Program-made: the position numbers and the translations under genes
The notes under the pieces: model-generated
Seen by the model: only the letters and a program-made list of their open reading frames with translations
What the model was told of the DNA's origin: nothing
Databases searched by the model: none
In this document: positions 48,217-58,911 of the stretch, piece by piece
Position numbering within the stretch: the first letter of the stretch is position 1
How the letters are laid out: each line of letters opens with the position of its first letter
DNA from: Gemmatimonadales bacterium
GTDB lineage: Bacteria > Gemmatimonadota > Gemmatimonadetes > Gemmatimonadales > GWC2-71-9
Direction: 5' to 3'
Length of the DNA: 63,828 bases
NCBI GenBank assembly: GCA_039794085.1
Contig: JBDIWC010000022.1
Span: 1 to 63,828 of the forward strand

Positions 48217-49644
48217 TCATTCCCGCGGCTCGCGCACTTCGCTCGCGCCGAGCCCCAAACGCTCGATTCCGGGACGCACCTTCTCCAGATCCCCCACCAC
48301 CACGACTACCATCCGGTCGGGGTTGATCCAGGTCCGGGCCACGCGCCGCACGTCCTCCGCCGTCACCCCCATCACCCTCTGCACATACGACTCGAAGAAC
48401 GCCGGCTCCTGCCCATAGGTGAGCAACTCGGCGAGCTGGCCCGCCATCTGCCCCGTGGTCTCGAAGTCTCCAGGGAGACCCAGCGCCAGATAGGCCTTGG
48501 CGCGATCGAGTTCGGCGGGCTCCACCGGCGCGGTGCGGATCGCCTCGAGTTCCCGCATGAACTCGACCAGGGAGCTGTCGGTGACGTTGGTGCGCACCTG
48601 CGACGAGGCGAGGAAGGGACCGGGGATCGGCCGGTTCTGGAACCGGGAGCCCGCACCGTAGGTGTACCCCTTCGTCTCCCGCAGATTGGTCATGAGCCGG
48701 GACGAGAACGACCCGCCCAGGATGGTGTTCATGACCTCGACGGCAAACCAATCGGGATGGTCGCGCGGGATGCCGCGATGGCCGAGAAAGAGCACCGACT
48801 GGGCGGCCCCGGGCTTGTCCACCAGGTAGAGCGTGGTGGGCCGGTCCACGGGTGGCGGAGACTGTGCCGAACGTTCGAGGGCCGCGCCCGCCTTCCACCC
48901 GCCGAACCGGGTGGCGATCTCCCGCCGTGCCTCGGCGAGGGTGATGTCGCCGGTGACGAGAAGGGTGGCGCGTTTGGCCACCATGGTCCGCTCGTAGAAG
49001 TCGCGGACGGTGGCGGAATCGAGTGCCGCGGTGGAGAGCGAATCGCCGCCGGGGCTTCGGTGATAGGGGTGATCCGAGGGGAAGAGTTCGGCGTTGAAGA
49101 CGAGATTGGCCACGGCATTGGGCTGGTCCCGCTGCTGCAGAATCGCGGCCAGCCGAAGATCCCGCTGGCGGGTCACCTCAGCGGACGCGAAGGTGGGTCG
49201 GAGAACCACGTCCGCCATGAGGTCGAGTGCCGCGGTCATGGTTCGGCGCGGAACCCGGAGCGTCACCACGGTCTGATCCCAGGTGGCCGAGGTCGAGAGC
49301 GAGGCGCCCAGAAACTCCGCCTCCGCGGCGATCCCGAGCGCGTCCCGGCTCCCGGCGCCCTCGTCGAGCATGCCGGCGGTGAAGGTGGCGAGGCCCGCCA
49401 CCGCCCCGTCCTCCCGGGATCCTCCCGCCACCAGAAGCTGGAACTGGACCAGGGGGACCTCGGTCATCCGCACGAGACGGATCTGGAGACCGTTCGGAAG
49501 CGTCGCCGTTTCGATGGCGGGAAGCCGGAGCTCGGGAGGGGGGGCGAGCTCGGGAGGACGGGTCCGGTCCACGGCCTGCTGCGCGGGCAGGGCGGCCGGG
49601 ATGATGCAAAGCAGGGCGAGGCCTGCGACAGTGGTGATCTTCAT
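48217..49644 (-). CDS. M16 peptidase, non-catalytic subunit
   Basis: LPNGL, MLDEGAG and ILGGSFSSRLMTNLRETKGYTYG; no HxxEH. Confidence 0.9.
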   Translation of the reverse strand: MKITTVAGLALLCIIPAALPAQQAVDRTRPPELAPPPELRLPAIETATLPNGLQIRLVRMTEVPLVQFQLLVAGGSREDGAVAGLATFTAGMLDEGAGSRDALGIAAEAEFLGASLSTSATWDQTVVTLRVPRRTMTAALDLMADVVLRPTFASAEVTRQRDLRLAAILQQRDQPNAVANLVFNAELFPSDHPYHRSPGGDSLSTAALDSATVRDFYERTMVAKRATLLVTGDITLAEARREIATRFGGWKAGAALERSAQSPPPVDRPTTLYLVDKPGAAQSVLFLGHRGIPRDHPDWFAVEVMNTILGGSFSSRLMTNLRETKGYTYGAGSRFQNRPIPGPFLASSQVRTNVTDSSLVEFMRELEAIRTAPVEPAELDRAKAYLALGLPGDFETTGQMAGQLAELLTYGQEPAFFESYVQRVMGVTAEDVRRVARTWINPDRMVVVVVGDLEKVRPGIERLGLGASEVREPRE

Positions 49645-51011
49645 GGGGTGGCTCCGATCGGGGTGGCCGCGAGGTCGGTACGACCCTGCGGCACGATGCT
49701 GAGCATGACTTTGGGCGCGGTCAACCAGGTCCGTACTGCCGTCTGGACGTCGGTGGCGGTGACGGCGCGGTAGCGGTCGAGGTCGGCCTGGAAGCCATCG
49801 GGGTTGCCGGTGGCGTAATAGTAGCTGTTGAGGAGGTCGGCCTTGCGCCCGATCCGCTCGAGGCCGTTCAGGAATCCTGCCTCGAAGGAGTTGAGTGCCT
49901 GTTCGAGTTCCCGCGCGGTCGGCCCCTCGCGGGCGAGGCGCTGGATCTCGTCGTCCAGGACACGCTGGATCTGGGGCAGGGACACCCCGGGCCGGGCGGT
50001 GGCGTAGAGAGTGAAGTCTCCATCCAGGCGCTTCCCATCCTGGAATGCGACCACGTTCGTGGCGAGCTGCCGGTCGTACACCAGCGCCTGGGTGAGTCGG
50101 CTGTTCTTGGCGCCGGCCAGGACATAGGCGGCGAGGTCGAGTGCCGCGTCTCCCACTGCGTGCTCCTTGATGGTGTGCCACTGGTAGTAGAGCCGGGGGA
50201 GCTGGACCCTGTCCTCCAGCACGCTGGCGGTGTCGCGCGCGAGCTGGAAGGCGGGGGCCTCGCGCCGTTTGATTCCGGGGCCCCGGGGAATGTCGCCGAA
50301 CCAGGTCCGAACCATGGCGAGCACGGAATCGGCGTTCACGTCGCCCGCGATGGAGAGGACCGCGTTGTTGGGCGCGTAGTAGGTGCGGAAGAACTCCCGG
50401 GTGTCGTCGAGGGTGGCGGCGGAGAGGTCGGCCATGGATCCGATCACCGACCAGGAATAGGGGTGCCCGGCGGGATACATCATGTGGGTCATCGTTTCCC
50501 ACGCGAGGCCATAGGGCTGGTTCTCGTAGCTCTGCCGCCGCTCGTTCTTCACCACGTCGCGCTGGAGATCGACCTTGGGGGCGTCCATGGTGGGGAGCAT
50601 CCACCCCATGCGATCGGCTTCGAGCCAGAGCATGAGGGGGAGAGCCGTGGCCGGTCCCTCCTCGAAGTAATTGGTCCGGTCCTCGGTGGTGGAGCCGTTG
50701 TTGTTGGCGCCCGCCCCCTCCAGGAGTCGATCAAATTCCGGATAGGGAGCATGCTGGGACCCCATGAACATGAGATGCTCGAACAGGTGCGCGAACCCGG
50801 TCCGGCCGGGCTTTTCGTCTCCCGATCCCACATGATACCAGACATTGGTGACGACGGTCGGGACCGAGTGATCCTCGTGGACGATGACGCGGAGCCCGTT
50901 CGGCAGCGTGTCCATGACAAAGGGAACCCGGAGGGGCGGAGCCTGGGCCCCCACCCCGGAGATGGCACCGAGAAGGAGGGGAAGGACCAGGAGGGGGAGA
51001 CGTCGGGACAT
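49641..51011 (-). CDS. M16 zinc peptidase, catalytic subunit
   Basis: WYHVGS.DE and GFAHLFEHLMF (HxxEH). Confidence 0.93.
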   Translation of the reverse strand: MSRRLPLLVLPLLLGAISGVGAQAPPLRVPFVMDTLPNGLRVIVHEDHSVPTVVTNVWYHVGSGDEKPGRTGFAHLFEHLMFMGSQHAPYPEFDRLLEGAGANNNGSTTEDRTNYFEEGPATALPLMLWLEADRMGWMLPTMDAPKVDLQRDVVKNERRQSYENQPYGLAWETMTHMMYPAGHPYSWSVIGSMADLSAATLDDTREFFRTYYAPNNAVLSIAGDVNADSVLAMVRTWFGDIPRGPGIKRREAPAFQLARDTASVLEDRVQLPRLYYQWHTIKEHAVGDAALDLAAYVLAGAKNSRLTQALVYDRQLATNVVAFQDGKRLDGDFTLYATARPGVSLPQIQRVLDDEIQRLAREGPTARELEQALNSFEAGFLNGLERIGRKADLLNSYYYATGNPDGFQADLDRYRAVTATDVQTAVRTWLTAPKVMLSIVPQGRTDLAATPIGATP

Positions 51012-51041
51012 GGGCACCTCGGCATCAGGGAAAACGGTGGA

Positions 51042-51629
51042 TCAGAAGCTGCGCACCCAGACTACGGGAATCTTCAGCGCCTCGGCGGCGAAATACTCCA
51101 GCTCGCGCCGCGAGTTCCGGATGATGGGGCTTTCGGTCGCGGGCGAGGTCCAGGCGGTGAGTCCCGTGCGACGCGCCTCGAGGCGGAGCCGCAGCATGTG
51201 GAAGGGGTCGCTCACCAGGAGCACCGATTCCACGTTGCGATCCCCCGCCCACTCCGCCACCGAGGACATCGACTCCATCGTGGTGCGCCCCTCGGGACGC
51301 ACGACCACGGCGGTGGGCGGGAGGTCCCGGGCCACGAGATAGCGCTGCCCCACCGTGGCCTCGCTCTGGGTGTCGCCGGTCCCGATTCCGCCGGTCACGA
51401 CGATGATGCCGGCCAGGCCCGCGCGATAGAGCTCCAGCGCGTGATCGAGCCGGGCCTTCAGGACCGCGGACGGCCGCCCATTGTACTGGGCCGCTCCCAG
51501 CACGACGATGGCGTCGGCGGGGCGACGCTGGTCGTCGCGGGCCACCACGACGACAGACACGTACAGCAGGGCGTACACCGTGACCCCGAGCCCGATCATG
51601 ACCAGCACCGCACGAACCAGCCGGCGCAT
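51042..51629 (-). CDS. YdcF/DUF218 family protein
   Basis: DAIVVLGAA, RLDHA, VTGG, SEA and VSDPFHM.R. Confidence 0.88.
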   Translation of the reverse strand: MRRLVRAVLVMIGLGVTVYALLYVSVVVVARDDQRRPADAIVVLGAAQYNGRPSAVLKARLDHALELYRAGLAGIIVVTGGIGTGDTQSEATVGQRYLVARDLPPTAVVVRPEGRTTMESMSSVAEWAGDRNVESVLLVSDPFHMLRLRLEARRTGLTAWTSPATESPIIRNSRRELEYFAAEALKIPVVWVRSF

Positions 51630-53026
51630 CACAGGTCGAACGACTCCCCATGCCGAGGGATGGTCACGTTCTCGACGCCCTCCTCGCGCAGGAGATCCGC
51701 CGTGGCGGTGAGAGCCTCCGGCTCGCCGTGTACCAGGAAGGCGCGCCGCACCGGTCCCCCGAGCTTCTTGATCCAGGATCGCAGTTCCTCCCGGTCGGCG
51801 TGAGCGGAGTAGCCCCCCAGCGTTTCGATCTGGGCCCGGCTCTCCACCATCTCCCCGAAGATCCGTACGGATCTCTCCCCCTCCTGGATTCGTCTCCCGA
51901 GGGTGTGTTCCGCCTGGTATCCGACGAAGAGGACGAGGTTCCGGTGGTCGCCGATGTGATGGGTGAGGTGATGGAGAATCCGACCCGCCTCGCACATGCC
52001 GCTCGCCGCGATGATGACGGCGGGCCCGGGCTGCGCATTGAGCGCGATCGACTCGGCGACGTCCCGGACGTAGGTGACGAGCCTGAAGTCGAAGATGGCG
52101 TCGGTACGGGAGAGGAGGAGCTCGCGGCGGTCGAACACCTCGGGGTGCATCCGGAAGACGTCGGTGGCGTTCACCGCCAGGGGACTGTCGATGAAGATGG
52201 GGATGTGAGGGATTTTCTGATTGCGGAAGAGGTGATGCAGGCTGTAGACCAGTTCCTGAGTCCGGCCCACGGCGAAAGCGGGGATCAGGATCTTTCCCCC
52301 CCGTGCCGCGACGTCGCGCACGAGTTCGCCGAGCCGCTCCTCGCTGTCGGTGACGCTGGGGTGGGTCCGGTTGCCGTAGGTCGATTCCATGATCAAGGTG
52401 TCGACCGGTCCGGAGGGGGGATCGGGGTCGCGGATGATCGGGAGACCGGGTCGCCCGATGTCTCCGCTGAACACGAGGCGGTGGCCCGCGCCACCTGCCT
52501 CGGTGAGGTGGAGATCCAGCGAGGCGGAGCCCAGGATGTGGCCCGCCTCGGTGAACTCGAGAGCGAGATGCTTGCGGAGATGGTGGACCCGCCGGTAGGG
52601 GAGTCCGATCATCAGATCCTGCACCGCCACGGTGTCCGCCATGGTGTAGAGCGGCTCGCTCTCCGGCCCCGCCTTGCCGCGGCGGACCAGATGCTCGAAA
52701 TCCTTTTCCTGGATGTGGGCGGAGTCGGGGAGCATGACGGCCGAGAGATCGCGGGTGGCCGGGGTACAGTAGATGGGACCGTGAAACCCGTGGCGCACCA
52801 GGAGGGGGAGACGCCCGGAGTGGTCGATGTGGGCGTGACTCAGGATCACGGCATCGAGCCGGCGGGGATCGAAGGGGAGGTTGGCGTTGAGGGCCGCCGT
52901 CTCGGCGCGGCGTCCCTGAAAGAGCCCGGCGTCGAGCGCGATCCGGGCCCCGGCCGCCTCGAGGAGGTGCATCGATCCGGTGACCTGGCCGGCCCCGCCC
53001 CAGAAGGTGAGTCGCGCGAGTGCCAT
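51629..53026 (-). CDS. MBL-fold beta-CASP RNA-processing hydrolase
   Basis: SHAHIDHSG, AGHILGS, FSGD, ESTYG, SAHAD and LVHGE. Confidence 0.93.
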   Translation of the reverse strand: MALARLTFWGGAGQVTGSMHLLEAAGARIALDAGLFQGRRAETAALNANLPFDPRRLDAVILSHAHIDHSGRLPLLVRHGFHGPIYCTPATRDLSAVMLPDSAHIQEKDFEHLVRRGKAGPESEPLYTMADTVAVQDLMIGLPYRRVHHLRKHLALEFTEAGHILGSASLDLHLTEAGGAGHRLVFSGDIGRPGLPIIRDPDPPSGPVDTLIMESTYGNRTHPSVTDSEERLGELVRDVAARGGKILIPAFAVGRTQELVYSLHHLFRNQKIPHIPIFIDSPLAVNATDVFRMHPEVFDRRELLLSRTDAIFDFRLVTYVRDVAESIALNAQPGPAVIIAASGMCEAGRILHHLTHHIGDHRNLVLFVGYQAEHTLGRRIQEGERSVRIFGEMVESRAQIETLGGYSAHADREELRSWIKKLGGPVRRAFLVHGEPEALTATADLLREEGVENVTIPRHGESFDL

Positions 53027-53040
53027 GGTGCGATTCTCCG

Positions 53041-53682
53041 TCAGCGGGTCCCGAAGAGACGATCCCCGGCATCGCCGAGGCCGGGGAGGATGTAGCCCTG
53101 GTCGTTGAGCTGCCGGTCGAGCGCCGCGGTGTAGATGGGAACGTCGGGGTGGGCGGTGGACAGGACGCGGACCCCATCCGGCGCGGCGACGATGCAGAGG
53201 AATTTGATCCGGGTGGCCCCCGCCTCCTTGATCATGGAGATGGCGGCGGCCGCCGACCCGCCGGTGGCGAGCATCGGGTCGAGCACGAGGAAGTCGCGGT
53301 CGGATTCGGCCGCGGGGATCTTGAAGTAGTAACTCACCGGCTGCAGGGTCTCGTGGTCGCGATAGAGTCCGATGTGCCCCACCCGGGCCGACGGGATCAA
53401 CTGCGCGATCCCCTCAACCATGCCGAGTCCGGCGCGGAGGATGGGGACAAGGGTGAGCTTCTTCCCCGCCACCATCTGACCGGTGGTCCGCTCGAGGGGG
53501 GTCACCACCTCCACCGGCTTGGTCGCCAGGTCGCGGGTCACCTCGTAGGTCATGAGCATCGCGATCTCGTTCACCAGCTGCTTGAAGTCCCTGGTGGGCG
53601 TGAGCCGGTTCCGCAGCAGGGAGAGCTTGTGCTGGATCAGGGGATGCGAGAGGACGGTAAGACTGGGAAAGGTGGAAGGCAT
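53041..53682 (-). CDS. upp: Uracil phosphoribosyltransferase
   Basis: [22 protein letters not shown] and [12 protein letters not shown]. Confidence 0.97.
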   Translation of the reverse strand: MPSTFPSLTVLSHPLIQHKLSLLRNRLTPTRDFKQLVNEIAMLMTYEVTRDLATKPVEVVTPLERTTGQMVAGKKLTLVPILRAGLGMVEGIAQLIPSARVGHIGLYRDHETLQPVSYYFKIPAAESDRDFLVLDPMLATGGSAAAAISMIKEAGATRIKFLCIVAAPDGVRVLSTAHPDVPIYTAALDRQLNDQGYILPGLGDAGDRLFGTR

Positions 53683-53769
53683 GGGGGGAATATGGACCGT
53701 CGCGGACGGTCCGGGAAGCACCCGCCGGGCGGGGGCGTTGCGGCCCCCATCCGGCGAGCCCCTCGCGAC

Positions 53770-54360
53770 TCAGAATCGGTATCCGAAACCGACGCCGATG
53801 ACCACGGGGTCGATGTCGAGGTCGAAGAGCTGGGCCCCGTTCGATTTCACGTCGGTGCCGATCTTGACGTACTTGGCGTCGATGTTGAACACGGCCCGAC
53901 GGTTGAGGGCAAAGTCCACGCCGGCCTGGGCGGCCCACCCGACGCTGGTGTCGAGGTCCAGGTCCTGGAGGGTGCCGGACTTGTTGTAGAAGTAGGTCAC
54001 GTTGCCCCCGCCGCCCAGATAGGGGCGCACGACACCGGTGGAAATCGGGTGGAACTGGAGGAGGAGGGTGGGGGGGAGGTGGTTGACGGCCCCGAGGGAG
54101 CCGTTGGGGTCGGTGACCTCCTGAGCGGCGGAGGCGAGCACCAGTTCGAGCGAGAAGAGCCGGTGGAAGGCGTAGCTGATATCGAGCTCGACAGTACCGT
54201 CGGATTCGACATCGAGCCCGGCCGGGGAGCTGGAGGCGTCGGGGACGATGGCGATGCCGCGGGCCCGGATGAGCCAGGGGTGTTCCGGTCGGGACTGGGC
54301 GAGGACGGAGGAGGAGGCGAGGAGGAGGAGGGCAACTCCGCCGAGAATCGAGATACGCAT
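53770..54360 (-). CDS. ompW: OmpW family outer membrane protein
   Basis: Signal peptide, LPPTLLLQFH, PYLGGG and C-terminal GYRF. Confidence 0.9.
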   Translation of the reverse strand: MRISILGGVALLLLASSSVLAQSRPEHPWLIRARGIAIVPDASSSPAGLDVESDGTVELDISYAFHRLFSLELVLASAAQEVTDPNGSLGAVNHLPPTLLLQFHPISTGVVRPYLGGGGNVTYFYNKSGTLQDLDLDTSVGWAAQAGVDFALNRRAVFNIDAKYVKIGTDVKSNGAQLFDLDIDPVVIGVGFGYRF

Positions 54361-54529
54361 GAAGAGCTCCGAGGGTGAGGTTGACGGGACTCGGAGCGAA
54401 GGTGGCAGGTTCATCATGAAAGGATGATGAATCAGGGGTGATCTGTTCTGGTGGGACTGTTTTGGTGGGAATTGGGGTGGTGGCTTGGCCTTGGGGTGGT
54501 GGCGTCCTTATATTTTGCGGTCGCGTGAG

Positions 54530-54602
<73 letters not shown>

Positions 54603-54702
54603 CTGGTGCCCGTTCCGGGATCTTCTCGGGGCGGGCGTCGTCGTTCGGGGATGCACCTGCGGGCGCTGCGCGTCCTCGGTGACCTCGCCCCTTCCGGGCA
54701 TC

Positions 54703-54767
54703 GGTGCAATTCCCTCTCTGGCCACTGGAGTCCGTTCCGGGATCGTCTCGGGGCGGGCGTCGTCGTC
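54703..54767 (+). repeat. Duplicate of the tRNA 3' end and trailer (att-like)
   Basis: CAATTCCCTCTCTGGCCACTGG...CCGTTCCGGGATC.TCTCGGGGCGGGCGTCGTCGT is repeated 122 bp after 54581-54645. Confidence 0.85.
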
Positions 54768-54772
54768 GCTGC

Positions 54773-55004
54773 CGACCGGTGGATTCGTATCCGGTGCTCG
54801 GGCGACGCTGGCGCGTCGCCCCTGGGTTCGCCCTTGGGGTTCGTCGTCGTGACCGACCGGTGGATGCGCGTCCGGGGCCCGGGCGACGCTGGCGCGTCGC
54901 CCCTGGGTTCGCCCCTGGGGTTCGTCGTCGTGACCGACCGGTGGATGCGCGTCCGGGGCCCGGGCGACGCTGGCGCGTCGCCCCTGGGTTTGCCCTTGGA
55001 GTTC
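54773..55004. repeat. Three 81-bp tandem REP-containing units
   Basis: Units start at 54773, 54854 and 54935. Each holds the hairpin GGGCGACGC...GCGTCGCCC. Confidence 0.9.
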
Positions 55005-55073
55005 GCGCCAATCGGATCCGGCCCGCGTTGATACGGTGACGTGACGATGCGGTGAACGCTGCAGATTGGGTGC

Positions 55074-55613
55074 ATGAGGGCTCCCTACGATCGTCTCCAC
55101 CCAGGGCACAGCCGCATCGCGTACCGGTATCCCGGGGTCTATTTCATCACCATCATCACCCATCTTCGAAAGCCCCTGCTCTGCAGGCGCGTCGGTACCT
55201 CTGTTTCGCTTTCGGTGTTGGGAGAGGTGGTGGCCCGGTGTTGGGAAGAGATCCCGATGCGCTTCCCGCATGTGCGGGTGGACAGTTTCGTGATCATGCC
55301 CGACCACATCCACGGGATCCTCATCCTCCACAGCCCGGTCTCCAGCCCCATCCGTATTCACGAGTCAGGTCCGGGCCTGCCGAAAGGTCCCCCCGGCCTG
55401 GAGCCGGGATCCCTCGCTGCGATTGTCGGCTCGTTCAAGTCCACCGTGTCGCGCGGGATCAACCGGATGCGCGGTACACCCGGGGCCCGGGTGTGGCAGC
55501 GGAACTTTCATGAGCATGTGCTGCCTGATCGGGGGTCGGTGCGCCGGGTTCGCCGGTATATCAGGATGAACCCGTTTGGAATCGGCGCGGTGCCACCGAC
55601 GGTCGGCAGCTGA
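55074..55613 (+). mobile_element. REP-associated tyrosine transposase (RAYT / Y1 HUH)
   Basis: YFITI, VIMPDHIHGIL (HUH), IVGSFKS, VWQRNFHEH and YI.MNP, with REPs adjacent. Confidence 0.9.
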
Positions 55614-55616
55614 GGC

Positions 55617-55730
55617 GTGGAAGCTCCCCTGAGGAGAGTACAGGACCTCTTGGGCCACAAAAATGCCACGACCACGCTGTTGTCTACCTATGCCCTGGAC
55701 CGGGTGGGGCGCGTCAAGCAGGTGTGGGGG
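55617..55730 (+). pseudogene. Tyrosine recombinase C-terminal remnant
   Basis: RRVQDLLGHKNATTT...Y resembles the box II motif. Confidence 0.5.
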
Positions 55731-55872
55731 CGGTACGGAAGCTTCGAACACCACGCGTTGAGGCGTGGGCCACGATCGCAGGCGTTTTTGGACACCGGCG
55801 CGGGTTCAAAGGGTACGCATCCCGGCCTCGCGCGCGTGAGATTCCGGGGCCCTCACCAGGGAGCCGGATCCG

Positions 55873-56765
55873 ATGTCCACTGCGCAGCCGAAGATGAAAC
55901 TGTTGCAGGCCATGCGGTCGAACATGCTTCTGCGCCATTTCAGCCCCCGCACCATCGCGAGCTATCTCTCCTGGGTGAGGCGGTTCGTTCGTTTCCACGG
56001 GATGCGTCATCCCTCCGACCTTGCGGGGGCGGACGTTCGCGCGTTTCTGGGGTGGTTGGCGGAGCAGCGCCACTCGAGGGGTTGGGAGAGGTTCCCCGCG
56101 CCCGAATGCCGATGCGACTCCCGGTGGTCCTGACCCGCGAGGAGATCGGGAGGATCCTGCCGCATCTCCCCGGCTGCTACCGGCTCATCGCGTTGCTGCT
56201 CTACGGGAGTGGCCTCCGGCTTTTGGAATGTCTACCGCTCCGGATCAAGGATGTTGACCTGGTGCGGCAGGAGATCGTCGTGCGCCGGGGGAAAGGCGGC
56301 AAGGACCGGGTCACCGTCCTGCCCGCGGCTCTGTGCCAGCCCCTGTCGGCTCACCTGGAGCAACTCCGCGCTCACCATCTCGCGGACATCGCGGAGGGTT
56401 CCGGATGGGTGGAGCTTCCGGGGGCGCTCCGAACCAAGTGTCCGGCGGCGGGGCGGTCGTGGCCCTGGCAGTGGCTCTTTCCGGCCACGCGACGATACAC
56501 GGACCGGGAGACGGGGGAGCATCGCCGCCACCATCTGCATCCGTCGGCCGTTCAGCGGATGATGACCGGTGCCGTTCGGGCGAGCGGGCTCGGGAAGCGG
56601 GCCACCTCCCACACGTTGCGCCATTCCTTCGCCACCCACCTCCTGGAACGGGGCTACGATATCCGGACGATCCAGGAACTCCTGGGTCATCGGGATCTGT
56701 CCACCACGATGGTCTACGCTCATGTCCTGAACCGGGGGAGGCCGAGGGGTCCGGAGTCCGGTTGA
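55873..56765 (+). pseudogene. intI: Integron integrase, disrupted
   Basis: The SAM-like N-terminus (HFSPRT..SY...RHP) and the catalytic domain (YGSGLR, GKGGKDR, IntI patch LPGAL..K...WQWLFP...RRHH, HTLRHSFATHLL, QELLGH, Y) are in different frames. The STQNQA segment is missing near 56070. Confidence 0.9.
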
Positions 56766-56876
56766 CGACCTGGCGGAGGGGTCCGGCTCGGCCGTCTTGC
56801 AGAATTAGGCTGCCGACCGTGCAATCTCTCCCGAAGGGGCTGTCGGAAGGGCATCTCCTCTGCAGCTCCAATACTT

Positions 56877-56886
56877 GTTATGCCGC
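56877..56886 (+). other. Core recombination site (attI-like) of the first cassette
   Basis: GTTATGCCGC is the near-perfect complement of GCGGTATAAC at attC1. Confidence 0.65.
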
Positions 56887-56996
56887 ATCACCGAGAGCCG
56901 TTCATCTGGGAGGGCTTGAAGGAGACCCCGAGTTGCCCCCGGTACCCCCCGTCACTATACTCTTCCTACTGGTTCTGGTTCCAACCGGGGGACACA

Positions 56997-57182
56997 GTGA
57001 CACCGATAACGCGCGAGCGGGTGCTGGACGTCATCAAGAGCCTCCCGGCGGAGACCTCGGTCGAGGAAGCGATGGAACGCCTCTATTTTCTCGCTGACAT
57101 CGAAGAGGGACTGCGCCAGGTCGAGCAGGGTCAGGTGGTCTCGCATGAGGAAGCCAAGGGGCGGTTGCTGGGGAGGCGATGA
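56997..57182 (+). CDS. Antitoxin (cassette 1)
   Basis: LP...S.EE.MERLY....IEEGL...EQG.VVSHEE, overlapping the toxin start. Confidence 0.8.
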   Translation: MTPITRERVLDVIKSLPAETSVEEAMERLYFLADIEEGLRQVEQGQVVSHEEAKGRLLGRR

Positions 57183-57478
57183 CCCGGGTTGTCTGGACGC
57201 TGCGCGCCGTCCAGAACGTCGAGGCGATCCGAGACCACATCGCCAGCAACTCGCCGCGCTACGCCGCCCTCCACGCCGAGCGCCTCTTCCAAGCGGCGGA
57301 CCGTCTGCGGCAGTTTCCAGAATCTGGCCGCATGGTACCCGAACTACAGCGACCGGATGTCCGCGAGGTGATCACTGGGTCGTACCGGGTCGTCTATCTA
57401 GTCGAGTCGGGCGTCGTCCACGTGCTGACTGTCTTTCACGGTGCGCGCCTTTTTCCGTTGCCGCCGGATGCGGTATAA
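57179..57478 (+). CDS. ParE/RelE toxin (cassette 1)
   Basis: VVWT..A, I.DHIA, L.QFPESGR.VPE, YRVVY and VFHGAR. Confidence 0.92.
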   Translation: MTRVVWTLRAVQNVEAIRDHIASNSPRYAALHAERLFQAADRLRQFPESGRMVPELQRPDVREVITGSYRVVYLVESGVVHVLTVFHGARLFPLPPDAV

Positions 57479-57560
57479 CTAGCAAATGCAGCAGCCGAGC
57501 GCGCCCACGTTGCACCTGCGGTGCAAGCGTCGCTCGCAGCTGATTTGCGATGCGTTATAC
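57473..57560 (+). other. attC site 1 (88 bp)
   Basis: GTATAAC...ATGCAGC...GCTGAT...GTTATAC imperfect palindrome. Confidence 0.88.
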
Positions 57561-57575
57561 GGCGAGCGACAGGCG

Positions 57576-58112
57576 ATGCACGAGACGGCAACGCGGGCGA
57601 TCTCCTTGCTGCGGGCACTCGATCCCGATCTGGACGTCCGACTCGAGCAGCAGGAGACCTTTTGCGCAATCCACTTGCCGGCCGCGCCCCATGGCGAGTA
57701 TCGCTTCAGCCTCTACGTGCACGACGATGGGGAGCCCCAGGTCTGCGCCACCCTTGTCGATGGCGACCCCGAGGCCTACTTCTGGTCTTGGCCGTTCGAG
57801 GAGCCCGACTACGACAATCAATCCGACCGCGAGAAGGCCTTTCTCTCGGCCATCCAGGAACTCGTCACGTCGCCCACGCGAATTCGTCAGAAGCGCGGCC
57901 TACTGAACACTCATTTCCGCTGCGAGGTTCAGCGGGCCTCGGCTTGGTCGCGAGCCGGCCCATTCATGGCCGGTCTGCGATGGGGCACCAAGCCGCCGCC
58001 CATCATGGGCAAGGTCGTCTACTACAAGTCGCCTACCCTCATTGAACCATGGGGCTTGGCCAGGTGTACGGCGAGGCCCGCCAATCGCCGTGTAACAAGT
58101 CGCTGCAGCTGA
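57576..58112 (+). CDS. Hypothetical cassette protein (cassette 2)
   Basis: The ORF fills the space between attC1 and attC2; no family recognised. Confidence 0.7.
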   Translation: MHETATRAISLLRALDPDLDVRLEQQETFCAIHLPAAPHGEYRFSLYVHDDGEPQVCATLVDGDPEAYFWSWPFEEPDYDNQSDREKAFLSAIQELVTSPTRIRQKRGLLNTHFRCEVQRASAWSRAGPFMAGLRWGTKPPPIMGKVVYYKSPTLIEPWGLARCTARPANRRVTSRCS

Positions 58113-58221
58113 CGGCAAGGGCGTTGGTCCAAACGGTCGTGGTACAGTCTGGCGTCGGGCTCGGCTGCCTCAGCGCTGGCGGTCAGCGCCCTTGGCGCAG
58201 CTAAGCTCCTATCCGTTAGGC
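58090..58221 (+). other. attC site 2 (132 bp)
   Basis: GTGTAAC...CTGCAGCTG...CAAGGGCG/CGCCCTTG...CAGCTAAG...GTTAGGC. Confidence 0.85.
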
Positions 58222-58407
58222 AGCCAATGCGACTCACGGAAGCAGCGCTGCTCCATAGCCGTGTGATAGCGACGCACGCTGCGCGGGGAAGGTTATTCGG
58301 GATCGGTCGGGCCATCCCAAATGAGATCTCGCCTGCCGAAGCCAGCAGTTTGCGCCCCGGCAGCTAAGTCATTGCCGCCGAGGGGTTTCGCATCCATCTT
58401 TGTGGTC

Positions 58408-58596
58408 ATGAAGGTCCGGGACGTTCTCCGACTGCTTGCCGATGATGGCTGGTACCTTGCCAGAACCCGGGGTAGCCATCAACAATTCAAGCATCCGACC
58501 AAGGCCGGCTTGGTCACGGTGGCGGGCCACCCGGGAGACGATCTCGCGCCGGGAACCCTCGGCAGCATCCTCAAGCAGGCGGGACTACAATCATGA
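58408..58596 (+). CDS. hicA: HicA toxin (cassette 3)
   Basis: DGW...RGSH.QFKHP...VTVAGH..DL.PGTL.SILKQAG. Confidence 0.93.
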   Translation: MKVRDVLRLLADDGWYLARTRGSHQQFKHPTKAGLVTVAGHPGDDLAPGTLGSILKQAGLQS

Positions 58597-58805
58597 AACT
58601 GCTCGTCGTCGTCGAACAGACCAGCACCGGCTACTCAGCCTACTCCCCAGACCTCCCGGGTTGCGTAGCGGCCGGGCCCTCACGTGCCGACGTCGAGCAG
58701 CGGATGCGCGAGGCTCTTGAGCTCCACCTTGACGGCCTGCGTGCCGACGGGGAGCATCCGCCCGAGCCGCACACGTACGCGACAGTCGTCGAGGTGGCAG
58801 CCTAA
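58593..58805 (+). CDS. hicB: HicB antitoxin (cassette 3)
   Basis: YSAYSPDLPGC.A.G...EALELHL. Confidence 0.93.
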   Translation: MKLLVVVEQTSTGYSAYSPDLPGCVAAGPSRADVEQRMREALELHLDGLRADGEHPPEPHTYATVVEVAA

Positions 58806-58865
58806 CATGCCTATGAAGCTGCCGGTCGCCTTCGGCGCCCGCAGCTTATCGGCGTTGCGTTAGAC
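58800..58865 (+). other. attC site 3 (66 bp)
   Basis: GCCTAAC...ATGAAGCTGC...GCAGCTTAT...GTTAGAC. The hicB stop lies within R''. Confidence 0.88.
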
Positions 58866-58911
58866 GGCAAACGTACATGGGCAATATCGCTCGGCGGCAA
58901 CCTGCAAAGGA

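Noticed and set aside
48217..51011. M16 peptidases as the processing enzymes of the peptide system
   Set aside because: They sit in a housekeeping operon outside the repeat-bounded loci, and only proximity links them.
54773..55004. Possible CRISPR array
   Set aside because: The whole 81-bp units are nearly identical, with no unique spacers and no cas genes. The adjacent RAYT explains them as REPs.
55617..56765. Intact 382-aa integrase
   Set aside because: The true IntI N-terminus is in another frame (55873-56070), so this ORF is a chance extension.
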